Of a stretch of DNA of 64,000 nt, positions 50,600-64,000 are shown piece after piece. The position numbers and the translations under genes are program-made. The notes under the pieces were generated by a model. It saw nothing but the letters and a program-made list of their open reading frames with translations, made no database searches and was not told where the DNA came from. The stretch is from Dipteris shenzhenensis (lineage: Eukaryota). Within the stretch, counting starts at the first letter, position 1; the number at the start of each line of letters is the position of its first letter. Where the stretch lies: assembly GCA_047967505.1 (NCBI GenBank), contig CM106538.1, one strand, 5' to 3'.

Positions 50600-53500
50600 A
50601 GACTATTGTCTATGTCCTCACCAAGATTAGCCATATGGACTAAAAGGGTGCCTTGATGATTATGTAGCCAAGTTTCGAACAATTCTTAATTGGCTCTCCA
50701 CCACAAATCGCCCTGCCTAGGAATTATTGAACTGATATTTTGTTCATGGTCTTACCCAGAAACTAAAACAAGCTGTGGCTTCTACACAAATTGTTGGAAT
50801 GACATTCCACAATCTCATTGATGGTGCACATCGTGCAAACCAAATGTTGATACACAAGGGCAAGCATAGCAAGTTAGGCACTAGCCAAATCGGTTCTATG
50901 CTTGAATCCTCATCATCTACATAAAACGATGATAGATCTAGTGATGAGTCCAAAAAGAGTTGAGAGAAATGACATTCGAGCAAGAAGACTGACACAACAT
51001 CATTAACTAACTTCATAGCCAGGGCTCGTCACCTAGAGGATGGCACGATGGCTACTCTCAGTCTCTGCACCACTGTTTGGTGCACCAAGTGCCGCAACAA
51101 TGGGCTTGGACCAGGTTTGGTGTGCAATCTATCAAACTATGATGCACACCATCGATGCATACTGATACAATGCTCCTCAGGCTCCTTAACCTACCACAGA
51201 TGTGGTACTGTTGTCTATCACTAAAAGACCGAATGTGAACTATTCAAATGCCATCAAGTGGAGAAGAAGTAGTTGCATCGAGACAATAACAACTCCTCTT
51301 GCCACTCTGCAAGTGAATACGGTGCATATTGTGGCTCAGGTCTACTGATGATGCTGCCAAGGTCAAAATCCCGTGACAAGGGCAATGAACATTCCGTCGG
51401 GTCCTACATTATCAAAAGGTCATTCTATCATCAAGCAAGATAAAGAGCCAGTTGACTGGTATGCACAAGCCAAGGTTCGCACCATAGTTTTGGAGTGGGT
51501 CATCGATGTGCAGCCTCTGATGCATGCACTTCCAAAGTATAAAAATTTACAAGATAAAGAGAATATAGTATTTGGAGAGATGAAGATACTCCCTGAGAGT
51601 AGGTTGAGTGTGCCCAATGCTGTGGATGTGAACCCAGGTGTATGGGTGATGATTCAACCTCAGATACAGGTTTCAAATGTTGAAGGATGCATGTCAGACA
51701 AGCAACTTTTCAAACTTGTGCCAACCTTTCACCAACGTCTATGCAAGCAGCTCATGGATTTGACAGAGCTAACTAAACCAATCCCAAAGGAAATCACTCA
51801 AGAAGATGTAGTTTCCATGATGTGTAATGCGAGATGCTACGACATGGACCGAAGGCACCGATGTATGATGAAAATATTCACCACCATTGGTGGTGCTGAT
51901 GGGCTAGGCTACTCTAGGTGTGCTACTCGATGGTGGCTCAGGTGTGAATATTATGGCCATGATATGTGTTGATGGCTTTTTGGAAGTGGATGTTATGGCC
52001 ATTCTTCATAAGTACCACTCCCCATAGGAATCGACCCCAACCTCAAAGAGTGCAAATGCTCAAATGGATTCTGGTGTTCTTCAAGCTGATGGCATGCCCA
52101 ACGATCCTACAGACAGAAGAAGACTTTGGTCACGAGCTCCAACATTCCAAACGTGTCAAGGAGGATGACTGGTTTGACTTGAATCTGGGTTCAGATTTCG
52201 ACCCTAATATTGTCTACGTTAGTATCTAGCTTACTTCTAACTTCCCGTCCCCTTTGTTGATGTTTTTTCTTGAAGACACTAATATGAAGGGCATCCATCC
52301 TCAGTTTTACCAGCACAGGATTGTGCTCAAGGATGATGCCAAGCTAGTACGTCAACAACGCTACTAAATAAACCCAAACTATGCCCAAAAATCTAAAGAG
52401 TAAATTGACAAGCTCTTGCAAGTGGGTTTCATATACCTTGTTGACCGGATCATGTGGATTTCTCCAATTTTCATTGTCCCCAAGAAGAACAAGAAGCTAT
52501 GTGTCTATGTGGATAACAATGCGGCCATAGTCACTAACCCTTTTCACATCCCTTCTTTGACTTTGTTCTAAATGCTATAGCCAGCCATGAGATCTATCCT
52601 TTCCTCGATAGGTTCAGTGGTTACAACCAAGTACTCATGGAAAAGGAAGATCAAGAGAAGAGAGCGTTCATTACTGAATGTGGGGTGTTTGCATCCAATG
52701 TGATGACTCTCGGTCTAAAAAATGCACCGACGATGTTTCAACGCCTTGTCCAAGAAATCTTTGATGAGTACTAAACATCCTTCATGTGCATTTTCTTAGA
52801 GGACTTTAGTGTTTTTGGCACCCAGGCAAAGCACCTCTATCATCTCAAGATATGCCTCACCAAATGTCAAGCAGCCTGTGTCCCTTAATCTGGCAAAATC
52901 AACATTGGTAGTAAGTAGTGGCATGCTCCTCAGCCACATTGAATTTCCCTTGTTGATCCAGCTAGGTTGAGCGAGTTTTTAAAGTGAAACATCCAACCAT
53001 TGCTAAGCAATTAGCCTGGTTCTTAGGCCAAGTTCGATGGCATAGCTAGATGCTCCGATATCTCACAGATGTCGCTACACCTCTACATGCCCAATATGGG
53101 CCGATAAGTGTAATCTTGCATTCAATTATCTCAAACTCATGCTCGCAAAAGCTTCGGTCATGTAGTCTCCGGATCACTGAATCAAAAATCGCCCTTCCAC
53201 ATGTTTGTGTGATGCTTCTGACACAGCCATCGGTGCAATCTTGATGCAACAAAAGTTGAAATGGTGGTATCAACCCCTTTACTATGTAAGCCAGTGGTTG
53301 AGCAATGCCAAGAAGAATTAGTACACAACGGAGAGAGAAGCCCTCGAGATAATCTATGCCATCAACAAGTTCTGGCATTATCTACTCGGCAACTAGTTCA
53401 CATTCCACATCGGCCTCTCAACCTTGCTATACCTCGTCAATAAGCCAAACCTCACAAGTAAGTTAGCTTGTTGGATGTTATTATTGTAGGAATTAAGCTT

Positions 53501-55720
53501 GGGGGCTCTTAGAGGGATGTATCAAACATTTTATCTATCTTCTGTTAGGCTGCAGATGGCTAACTAATGAGTGCACAAGCTTCTTGACTTTTTTCCCCCC
53601 CGGAAGAAGGAACCTTCTATTAGCAACTTTGAGAATACAAATTCAGCAATCCAAAAAGGCGATGATATGAAGGGTGCTAGCTATTCTCGTGGGTCTCATC
53701 TCACTACCTTGAGTACCTAGAAAGCGGGTGCCAACAGCCAGGGGCATATACAACCAATGGCTACCTTGATTTGTGAAGTGTAGAAGGTGCTTGCAAGTTA
53801 AGCCTTGCAGAACTGCTCACACCTTTTGGCTTTCTAGAATCTTACGTACTTGATGGTGTGTAGGGTGTAGACGATAACAAACCAGATACCGACAAGGGTG
53901 GTCGCTAGCCGAGCCTCCTATCCACCCATGACCACCCATATGCTCTATTCACATTACTTTCGTTAGGATCCTAAGTGAGCCCAACCAAATCTTTTGAGCC
54001 CTAGGGCAGCTCCACCAGGAGTGCACTATCATCCCTAGGTCCCCTACCGCAGGGCAAAGACCTGTCTTGCGGAGGGAGAAGCATCATTCCGAGTAGGTGC
54101 AGAAGAAGCAGAAGCGACAACGTCGTCTTGAGTAACACAAATATTGGTGAGAATCCAATCCATGTGTGTATCATCCAAGAGTCAATAGGAAGGCCTTTCA
54201 GCTAAAAGCCATAAAAATTAAGAAATCTTCCTTGGGCGGAGGGTGGTCCAAAGTAGGGATCAAAATATGTTTAATACTATTGTGGTATTGTGCATACTCT
54301 AGGTAATTTGCATGCAATGGCCGAATTACCTATCCCAACTAGAGAACGGCGAATGACCAAACCTATTTGTAGATGATTTCTCAAATGTGGATTGTCCATA
54401 GCTACGGTCGTGGAACTTGCAGAAGCACCCGCCAAGGTGCTAGATGGAGTACCACTGGTGGCGTTGGACAAGCACCAGATGCCAAACGATGTCCTCACCT
54501 TTGTCATGACATGGTATGATGACATGTTACAGTTTGTTGAAATAGGAATCCATGAATACATGTCCCACGATAGGGATAAGCGACTTGCCCTTCAAAGTCT
54601 CAACTTTTGCATTATCATTGATTCTCTCTATCATCTTGGTCCTGATAAAGTTCTTTGTTGATGTGTGATGCCACATGAATAGTCAGTCATTTCGCATGAG
54701 GCGCATCAAGGGTTGGTCGGAGGACATTTTGTCGGCAATACTATGGGATGGAAAGTCCTCCATGCTGGATTATGGTGGCCTACAGTTCTCAATGATGCCA
54801 TCGCCTTTGCCAAATAATGCGACGTCTGCCAGCCTGTTAAGCCAACCGACCATACATGACCGCATGCTACACAACACGGTGCTCCCACGAGAGCCATTTT
54901 AGAAATGGGATCTGGCCCATTCAAATTGGCGGCCCATTCGTTTGGGAACCGATATACCATAGTCGTAATCAATTACTACACCAAAGTTGTGGAAGGTAGA
55001 GCACTGGAGGACAGTTCAATGGCTTCCATAGCAAAGTTCATTCATGAGCAGATATGACCCGCTTCTTCGGATGTTCGATGGAGGTCGTCAATGATTAGAG
55101 CAGTCATTTTGTCCATGATGTCATGTTGAATCCTACAAGCAGCATATGATTATTCACAAGGTCTCCACTATCTACTACGCACAAGCCAATGGCCTAAAGA
55201 AAGTGGTGAATGGGAAGCGTACTGACTGGGATCAAAAGCTCTACTCTGTGCTTTGGGCCTTTCACACCACTTACAAGGTCGCCATGGGTCTCACATCCTT
55301 CCAAATGGTTTATGGTATCAAAGTAATGGTTCCAATGGAGTTCTTCGTGCTGAGCCTCTATATCGTAGTAGTTGAATGACTAAGCATGTAAGAGTCCCTT
55401 TGTCATCAAATGGACCAGTTATACAAGCTCGGTAAAGACCGATTTATTGCCTCTTATGTCTCTAACATGGTATAGCGCCGCTGGAAGAAATGGGTAAACC
55501 ATGATGCCAAACTCCTTATCTTCAACGAAAAAGATGCAATTCTCCTTTTTTGATCCTGGCAAGGCTTACACCCCAGAGTTAAAACTCCAGTGGGCCAAAC
55601 CTTATTGGATCATTCATCGGCTCCATGATGACATATTTTTAATGGGCACGTTGTCAGGTGATATATTTAAGAATCCCATTAATGGCTATTGGCTTAGGCC
55701 TTACTTTGGTCCCCCTTTGG
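50600..55720 (+). pseudogene. Decayed Ty3/Gypsy (non-chromovirus-like) gag-pol
   Basis: gag-like YVAKFRTI..YFVHGL; protease VLLDGGSGVNIM (~51919); RT MKGIHP..QHRI, FLDRFSGYNQV, GLKNAP, IFLEDFSVF; RNase H HVCCDASD..EREAL; integrase GGHF..GLWWPT..CDVCQ, DWDQKL..LWAFHTTYK; PINGYWLRPYF. Confidence 0.88.
53495..54283 (-). mobile_element. LINE 3' fragment inserted in the Gypsy RNase H region
   Basis: Interrupts WMLLL*E / IVHTLG..HAMA of the host. Has a T-run plus gaaggaaccttctatta (same tail as 27645) and RKISYFLWLL..CPAVG..HSWWSCPRAQKIW (zf-RVT) on the minus strand. Confidence 0.75.
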
Positions 55721-58337
55721 TCCCATGCCCCTGTTCCCTTTTCTAGAGAAGCAGCCAAAAGATATAGCTATCACATTCGCACATGTGGAAATACTTTGAC
55801 CAAATTTTGAGTCATTACCAAGTGTCCACACAAGTCCCAACGCGTAGTTAACTACATATCATGCGACATGTATTTTTAAAGATAGTCATCATGGTTCTGT
55901 ATGCATGCAACTTCCACCCTTTACAAACCCTCCTTATCTTGTTGCAAAGGATAGCTCGTTGCCTTTACTCATCCCGTGCTTACTCCTTGCCTTTGTGACT
56001 TTGTCTTCGCCAGCATCCCTAGCTCTCACTTACTCCGTGCTACTCACAGTACCTTCCTTCTCGTCCAATCTTTTCTCTCATGCAAAGTGCTTTGTTAACA
56101 TGGTTATCTACAATATGTTCACCAAATTTGACATTGAGCATGTTCCTATTTGAGATTCGTTGGAGTGCACTTGGCTCCTTTAAGCAGCATCTCTCCCTTG
56201 GAGCACCATCCCCATTCACCTTGAATCCAATGCCACTGTAACCCAACTCAATCGGGGCAACCTTGTTCGTATCGCCAATGGCGAATACATCCTCAATAAG
56301 GATTGGGTGTACACTTGACTCAGCTTGCCCAAGGATGGCCAATGGGGAGCCACTTTGGCAACAAGATGGCACCACAGGAGCATCTGTGCAACAAGCTCAC
56401 ACCATCTACCAAGGTCCCCTATTATCAGTTTTTCCTAAAGTTGGTGTGGCTACAAAGCAAAACAATCAATATTTTCATAGTGGTCATAGGATGGCTTCTC
56501 CAACCCAAAAATGGCAAGCTCATGGCATGGTTGTTCCTCTTCATGGAGAGAAGTATCTATCTAGCTCTGCAGGGCTCATGGATGTGACAAAATCCCCAGT
56601 ACTCGCGAAGAGCCTTGTGAAGCAACCAAGAAGGAGAATGTGAAGAATTGGGTGGGGTAGATTTTCATCATTGTCTTCCCCTTTGGAGGAATCTTGGACG
56701 CCCTAGTTCCCCCAGGTCTCCTTGCTACCACGAGGGACGTCAACATTTTTGCTTTAACAACAGAGTGCACGGCTTCCGGGTGCACATCAAATCAAAACAA
56801 AAGGCTGCAACAACAAAAGCGGTCTATCACTCTGATTCCAATCCGACCAAAGATAGAGTTCACTCCAATCACTACCTCTCACCTCAATCTCAATCTCTCC
56901 TTTCCCCTTATCCGGATGGTGTTTCTCGGAGTGACCTTGGCGCCCCTACCTAGTGTGAGCCTTGCCTGATGTTCAGTGCCATCCCACTCCTATGCCCTCT
57001 TCAACTTTGTCTAGTGCAGTTTTGGCCGTTACCTCTTCTAGACCGGTACGTTACACCCCACCGCTCCACTCGGTGCCTATGTCCACTACGCCTTACTAAG
57101 TGAGCTAGCCTCACTACCCCTTGCCTCTGCCACATTGCTTGTTTCCACTAAACCTCCTACTCTATCCCCAAGTGCATTGCCAACACGATCCTTGCACACT
57201 TCAAGCACAATGTGGTCATCGAGGATGACTTCATGACTAAGCCCTGCAAACAGCAGAACACCGAGCCAGAGGTGTATTCCAAGCTGACCCTCATTGCTCC
57301 TCAATAGATCTTGTCACCGGTGAATCTCGAGCCTGATGGTCTGCATCTGTGCTTGCCCCAAGCCCCTAGTCTTCAAGTACCCCATGGTGCGCTTAGTACC
57401 TATCAGAGTTCCTCACTGCCAAGGACTTCGGCCAGCTCCACCATGAAGTGGACAGGCTGCGTGCCTCCCTTGCTAACACCAACCACAGATAGAGTGCAGT
57501 TCAAACACCGGGACAAGTTGTTATCCCAGGAATTCACCTCACTCCACCAAGTGCACACCAATGCTAGAGCAGAGTATACTCGGATGCTCGGCAGTCTCTG
57601 CCAACATCATGCAGATATTGCTACCTGTGCCCTGCTTCTTGACTAGCAAGTCCAAATTCTCCACAATCTGACCTTTGAAACGGTGCCCATGGACCCGCAC
57701 AACTTAGCCGCATGCCGCATGACGTCGAAGTTGGCCAAGTAGTGGTAGCTGTAGATCGACCGGCTAGAGCAGATACTCGTGCTCAACTGTAAGTGTATGG
57801 CGATCCTTCCCCAAGATGAGCACGAGGTGGACACCGATGTGGCCAGTGCATCAAGGTTGCTCCCCCAACAAACCTTGCAAATCATTAGCCCCAGTGCATA
57901 ACAGATGGCGACAGGTGATGCCCCTCTGCATCAAAAACCCCCTCCCCCCCTACCATGGGACCCAAACTACGACCCAAGTCTCAATAAGGGCAGAGCGTTC
58001 ACAGTTGTCTAGATGGGAAGATCACCATCACGTTGGACAATTGTGTCTAAAAGCTCCCAAACAAATTGATGGAGAGAGGATGCAATGAGGCTTAGGAAAA
58101 GTTGATGTACAGAAGACTCTATTCGGTGTCTTGCTTCCCCTGCAAGTGTCCTCTTTGCTTTGCTCCTTTCACTCATCATGTTGGACCATTGCTAAACTCT
58201 GGTGCAATCAATCAACAAAGCACTTCCAAACGTCGCCTCAATCTATAGCCTCCCTGGCCACTCCCAACAGCATAAATCAACTTTTCTTTGCGAGGAAAGA
58301 AACCCAAACGCAATAACTAGCTAGCAACCAATCAGGG

Positions 58338-59575
58338 AACGGTAGAAGCAAGCAAAGACAAGCCTTCTTCTACTCAGTATCCACCGAAGAAAGGTCACCC
58401 AAGTTGAAAAACCCTAGTTCCTGCAGAGAAAAGCTGATTCTGCCCTGGCACAGCCCCAAAAGCAGCTTAGAAGTGAAAAATCAACAGCAACACCCGGAAG
58501 GCTCCAGAAATCAAATCGCAATCCTCCTTGCAGAGCGTGGACAGCCTGATAGCAAATCACAATCTCCTGTGACAGCCTGGGAACACCTGGAAACAAATCG
58601 CAATTTCTTGTAGCAGCTTAGAAACACCTGGAAACAACTTTAGAACAAGACGCAATCCCCTGGCATAGCCTGGAGGACTTGGAAGTGAAATAGCAATCTG
58701 TAAAGAGACACCCTAGCTGAAATCGCAATCTGCAACAGGCTTCTGGATTAGGTGCGCATTCATCTGCTAGGCCCGATACTAGCCCTAACTGATGACGATT
58801 TTCCCTCGCACGCTCTGGAAGCTCCTGGTAGAAGGCGATTTTGCTCTAGCAACACCTGGCAGGCTCTCGCAGCTCACAACTGATGATCTGGCTCTTCTAG
58901 TATTGATTTTGGCCTTTTGAGTCCAAAAGAGTGGTGCAATCAAAAATTGCAACGGCAAAAGCAGGCAAAGACAAGCCTTCTTCTACCCAGTATCCACTGA
59001 AGAAAGGTCACCCGGGCTGGAAAACCCTAGTTCCTGCAGAGAAAAGCTGATTCTACCCTGGCACAGCCCTGAAAGCAGCTTAGAAGTGAACACCCACGCC
59101 TGGAAAGTTACCAAAATCAGCAGCAACACCCGGAAGGCTCCAGAAATCAAATCGCAATCCTCCTTGCAGAGCCTGGACAGCCTGATAGCAAATCACAATC
59201 TCTTGTGGCAGCCTGGACAGCCTGGGAACACCTGGAAACAATCGCAATTTCCTGTAGCAGCCTAGAAACGCCTAGAAACACCTAGAAACAGCTCTACGCA
59301 GTCACCTAGCACAGCCCGGAGGACCTGGAAGTGAAATAGCAAAATCTGCAAAGGACACCCTAGCTGAAATCGCAATCTGCAACAGGCTCCTGGATCAGGT
59401 GCGAATTCCTCTGGCAGGCCCTGGATGCATTGGTACTAGCCCTGGCTGATGACGACGATTTTCCCTAACAGGCTCTGGAAGCTCCTGGTAGAAGGCAATT
59501 TTGCTCTGGCAGCACCTGGCAGGCTCTAGCAGCTCACAACTGATGATCTGGCTCTGCCTTTTAAGTCTAAAAGAA
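58338..59575. repeat. Two tandem copies of a ~613-bp unit (58338-58930, 58951-59575) with internal cctggaaac/aatcgcaat sub-repeats
   Basis: Colinear from aacgg..gcaaagacaagccttcttctac through gctcacaactgatgatctggctct..gccttt..aaaaga, with small indels. Confidence 0.92.
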
Positions 59576-60442
59576 CAGCTTTGGGCTCTTTTTGCAGTCC
59601 TGTGCTAAAATTACCAATTTTTAATTGCACCACTCTTTTGGCCCCCCCTGTTGCACACTTTGGCCCTAGGAATCAATTGCCTAGTAACTGGGCACACATT
59701 CACTATTTCCAAGGGCCCACTAGGAATTTTAATTCCCCAAGTCTTGTCCCATGGCCGGACCCTCGTGCCCCAGAGGCTCAAGGCAGACACGCACAAATAT
59801 GGGAGTCGCAAATCAAAAGTCCCATAATTTCACGTCCTCGTGACAGGAGGCAGGCTTTCCACATAGAAATCTTCTCTCCATCTTACTTGGTGAGTGGAGA
59901 GGCTGTCATACATCAGCAGATACAAAAGGCCACCCCTCTTGCACCGCCGTGCAATCCAGAGTATAGTGTATGGGAGACTATCGTCAACCCTGATGGCAGG
60001 GCAGTATTCAACCTAATAACTCAATTTCATTGACATTTGGTTGGATACCATGGATCCCTTGTACTGCAATACGGGAGCAGGGTACAAAGAGTTCCACGAA
60101 GACTAGTATGCCTTGTGAGTGTTTCTACAAGACTCAACCTGCAAGGGCTTCTTATGTTCTCACAGATGGAATCCATTGGCTGGATAGCATTGGTCGTTCG
60201 CACCTATTCCAGGGTTACCTGATGCAGTTGCAGCCAGTTTTCTTTTTCCTCCATGGAAATCAGCAGAGGTAGAGAATGGGTAGGCTAGCCAAAGAGCAGG
60301 GGGAATGTGGAAAGAGAGGAGTTAGAAGGAGAAAGAAGCGTTTACACTAGACATGGTGTGCACATGCGCGTGCATCGGTGTCTGTCTGTGTCTCTGTATG
60401 TGCACGCGTGCACACCTGCGTGCCTACACGTGTGCATGTGTC

Positions 60443-61639
60443 ATGGCAGAAGTAAACAAGTATTATGTCAAGAGAGCACTTTGTCCTGAACCCAAAAGAC
60501 AATCAAGGGAAACCTCTCCCCTCATAGCTCCTTCTTCTGAAGATGCTTCCTATGTGTTTGATATGTTGAATGATGATTTTCAACAAAGTAGAAGGGAATG
60601 GATTCAACCTGCTCCGGAACTCACTTACAGAATGAAGTTTCCTTCTCTTGTGCATCCTTTGAAGAAGCTCTCTCAAACTCCAGTTATCATTTTTTTCCCA
60701 GGCAAAACTCCCTCTGCTAATGATGTGGGACAATGGGTGAATTCTCTCCTAGGTGGATGCTATGTAGAAGGAGTCTATTTTGCCTCCTAGGGATTTTATG
60801 AAGTTCATCTTTTGGATGCCTTGACAAAACAAAAAATGCTGGAAATGTCCCCTTTATTTTTTGGTCGACAAATGGTGCATATCATGCCCTGGTCCCCTAA
60901 TAAGGACTATCAGAACCTCATCAAGCATCATTGCCCTGTATGGGTTGAAGTGGTTGATTTTCCAGATTACATGAGAACAGAGCTTCCAGGTTTAGCTATG
61001 ACATTGGGACAAGTGATCTGTCCCCCTCGTCCCACAGGTAATAAAAATCGTTTTTGCATCTTATGGGATACTGATAGACCGACCCCCTCCTCTATTGCAG
61101 TTGAGATTGAGGGTATTAATTTGGGGAAAAAATATTTCACTTTAAAATGGGGCATTTTTGCTGGAGCTTGTTTTTCTTGTCACAAGTTTGGGCATCTTGC
61201 TTCAGAGTGTCCCTCTATCCTTCATCCACCTCCTCCAGTAGCTATTCCTCTACCATCTAATAAAGGAGGTCAGAAGACATATGTGGAAAAGATAGAAGCT
61301 AAAGGAGCAAAGCCTTCAGTTCATACAGGGAGCCAGGCCAATTCAGCTCAAAATAAGGATAAAGGAAAAAGAAAGTTAGGGGAAAATAACTCATCTTCTC
61401 ATGAGGGGTGGCAGACTGCAAAGAAGACGGTGCCTCTCAAACAAAGACCTCTCCAATCTCGTAATTGGGATGCCTCTACTCCTTCTCCAGGACAATCTTC
61501 TACCTCTCCAAGCAACCCCATCTCAAAGGCATGGGTTAATGGAGTCAAGAAGGGTCTTCCCCTTTGTGAAGAAGATGATATTATCAGGGAATTGGATGCT
61601 GAGGGTCAGCAAGACCCTGTGGCAATGGCAGAGGCTTGA
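60443..61639 (+). pseudogene. LINE ORF1 (plant L1-type, DUF4283-like region and CCHC knuckle); one in-frame stop at 60788-60790
   Basis: Frames 60353-60790 and 60812-61639 are the same frame; PLFFGRQMVHIMPWSP..PVWVEV, CFSCHKFGHLASEC, followed by a low-complexity tail. Confidence 0.85.
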
Positions 61640-61688
61640 AGCCTCCCTTTCTTTTGGAGGACGGTCGATCATCTCTTGTATATATTTT

Positions 61689-63937
61689 CATGCGTGCTTC
61701 TCTTAAATGTTTTTCCTATAATATACAGGGCCTCTGCAACCAGAATAAATGGAGGCTTCTATGGCATTATATAAATACAACTCATCCGGATGTTGTGTGT
61801 CTGCAAGAGCATAATCAACATTTTTTTGCTGGCCAACATGGGTTTTTTTCTGGATATGATATATTTTATTTAGGATCTGAACAATTCTCTGGGCTGTGCA
61901 TTTTAGCCAGACATGATCTGCAACCCTGGATAGCATATAATGATCTTGGTGGACGATGGATGATTAATCATGTCAAAACTTGGTTTTGGGCCAAAGCTAG
62001 TTAATGTCATATATTGGCTTTACTCAGATTCCACTCCACAATGCCTTATAGGGAATCATTTGTCTGAGTCTTGGACTCTCGAACGTTCAGTTCGACAGGG
62101 ATGCCCTCTCAGTGCTTTGCTTTATGCCATCGCTTCACATCCTTTGCTTCTTTATATGGATCACATGGTTGATACTGGACAGCTAGAGGGGCTTCAGATT
62201 TCTGGTTCACAACCTTTCATTGCACAGGCCTATGCAGATGATTCATTCTTCATGCCAAAGAATAGTCCTTTGGAGATTCGCCTCTTGATGGATACCCTTT
62301 CAGATTTTGGGTTGGCAGCTGGTCTTAAAATCAATTTTCAGAAATCAAAACTCTTGCCTCTCAAGCATTGTGACTGGCATGCTATCCTGTGGCCAGGCCA
62401 GATTATTTATCCGGAAAACATAGTAAGACATTTGGGCTATCCTATTGGCTGGAAAATCAGCAATAAGCAACAAATGTCATGGGTGTCAAACAAAATTCAG
62501 GACAAATTAGAATATTGGAAGATCTCCACTTGGCCTCTGCATGTACGGCTTCGAATTGTCCAGTCTATTATTCTAGCTTATGTCCAGTTCTATCTTCCTC
62601 TATTACATTGGTCATCTTGAGATCTCACTTCCTTTATGTCTCAAGCCATGGAGATTTTTTGGAAAACTAAGCTTCATAAAAAAGCTTTACGGCTGCTCAA
62701 AATGGACTTGCTTTGCTCACCAAGAATGCATGGTGGTTTGAATATAATAAACATCCAATTTCATGTGTTGGCAAGAAAGATCACTATGCTCAAGACATTT
62801 TTTCAACAAGAGCAACCCTGGTCTATTATGTTGGCAATTTTGTGTGGACAGATGAGCACACATGCTTATGGACATTGGCTAGTTGATCCATCGGAAGTAG
62901 TACTTGGCAAATTTCAAGGTAAAATCCCTGGTTGTCCATTTTCTAATTCCTTGATTCAGGACTGGAAGCAAGTACTCTCTCACATCAAATGATCTCCCCA
63001 TCCTACTTCTATAGCTTCCTCACTAAGAATGGAAAGTATTCATTGGAGTGCTGTGTTTTCCTCTCCTCTTGCTGTTCAACAACCCATCAGAGCTTACAAT
63101 CTTATGAAAATGGGTATCCGGTTCATTGATGACGTGGTAGATATGCAAGGAAATATTCTCACTTTTCCAGTAGCATGTCGACAATATAATCTGGGGATGC
63201 ATCATAGACCTATTAGGAAAGCTATTGCTGATCTCTTACTCCCTCTGGTTCCGATTCAGACTTTGAATGTCAGAGACAGGCTTCAAGATTGGCACCTTCA
63301 GTCTTCAAATACAAGCATATCCACTAGGCCTTTGCATTTATTGACTTCTATACAGGCTTATCGATTGATATTACCTCCTCCTTGGATTGCCCATCATGCT
63401 AATTCTCTATGGCATTTGAACAAGTCATTAGCCTGGTGGAAAGGAAAATTGCAATTGATATGGAAGTTGAAAATGCCATTGAAGTAACGACTCTTTTTAT
63501 GGAGATGTATTGTTGGTATTCTTCCAGTAGGGGTGAAATTAGCTCAAAGACGGATAGCTTCACCTCTTTGTCCAAGATGTCACCTTACATCTGAGACTAT
63601 TCCGCATTTACTGTGGTTTTGTTCATATTCCAGAGACCTTCTAGACAGAATCTCCTATTTCTTATCTCTCAGATTTCCAGCACACAGGTTCTACAGGTTT
63701 TTCTGGATGTATGGCAAACTATCAGCTTCTTTGTCACAGTATTCTCTTTTCTTCCACTGGATCAGATACTGGGCCTTATGGACCCTCTGGCTGCAGCGCA
63801 ATCAAGCATATCTGAATTCTCCCCTTCAGCATCCATATGAGTTCTTCCGAGCCTCATTGCGGCAGTCTTTATATGATGCCTTACATGAGGAAGATTTGGA
63901 TGTTTCTTGTATTCAGCTTTTCTTTTACTGCTTTTGA
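61689..63937 (+). pseudogene. LINE ORF2 with a large internal deletion (EN N-terminus joined to mid-RT), several stops; 3' UTR runs to the window end
   Basis: FSYNIQGL..VCLQE (AP endonuclease start), then an abrupt jump at ~61970 to MSKLGF..SVRQGCPLS..AYADD..GLKINFQKS..RHLGYP; HGGLNI; CPRCHLTSETIPHLLWFC. Confidence 0.9.
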
Positions 63938-64000
63938 TGGATAGGGCTTTGGCTCTCTTTTGAGCTCTGCCCAGATGTAAATGAATGTTTCATAATATAA

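Noticed and set aside
59880-60256. Minus-strand exon-like segments (ATG..CAG|GTAAC, TGCAG|..|GTAAG)
   Set aside because: Joining them gives an immediate stop, all frames have stops, and no product was recognised.

Overview
Repeat-dense land-plant nuclear DNA (large-genome, probably a fern or other non-angiosperm; this is an inference from TE types and the TE-stuffed intron). The only clear host gene is an intact 8-exon eIF4A-III / DDX48 exon-junction-complex helicase (+, 21082-34897, 407 aa, DESD box). Its first intron is 11.5 kb and holds a nested stack of transposons: a decayed short-LTR Copia that contains a hAT MITE, a very young gag-less chromovirus, and a LINE 3' end adjoining another LTR element, plus a separate solo LTR. 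Upstream lies a decayed canonical Helitron Rep/Pif1 gene. One Copia copy is inserted in it, and a second copy of the same family sits 2.6 kb away in inverted orientation. Downstream are LINEs, MITE-like elements, a non-autonomous Copia with three PPTs, a decayed Gypsy with a possible extra 3' ORF, and a 613-bp tandem repeat. The most unusual item is a decayed Helentron/HLE2-type rolling-circle element (-, ~44330-46900) in which the Pif1 helicase C-terminus runs in frame into an AP-like endonuclease. All calls come from reading the sequence and ORF track by eye; no database searches were run.
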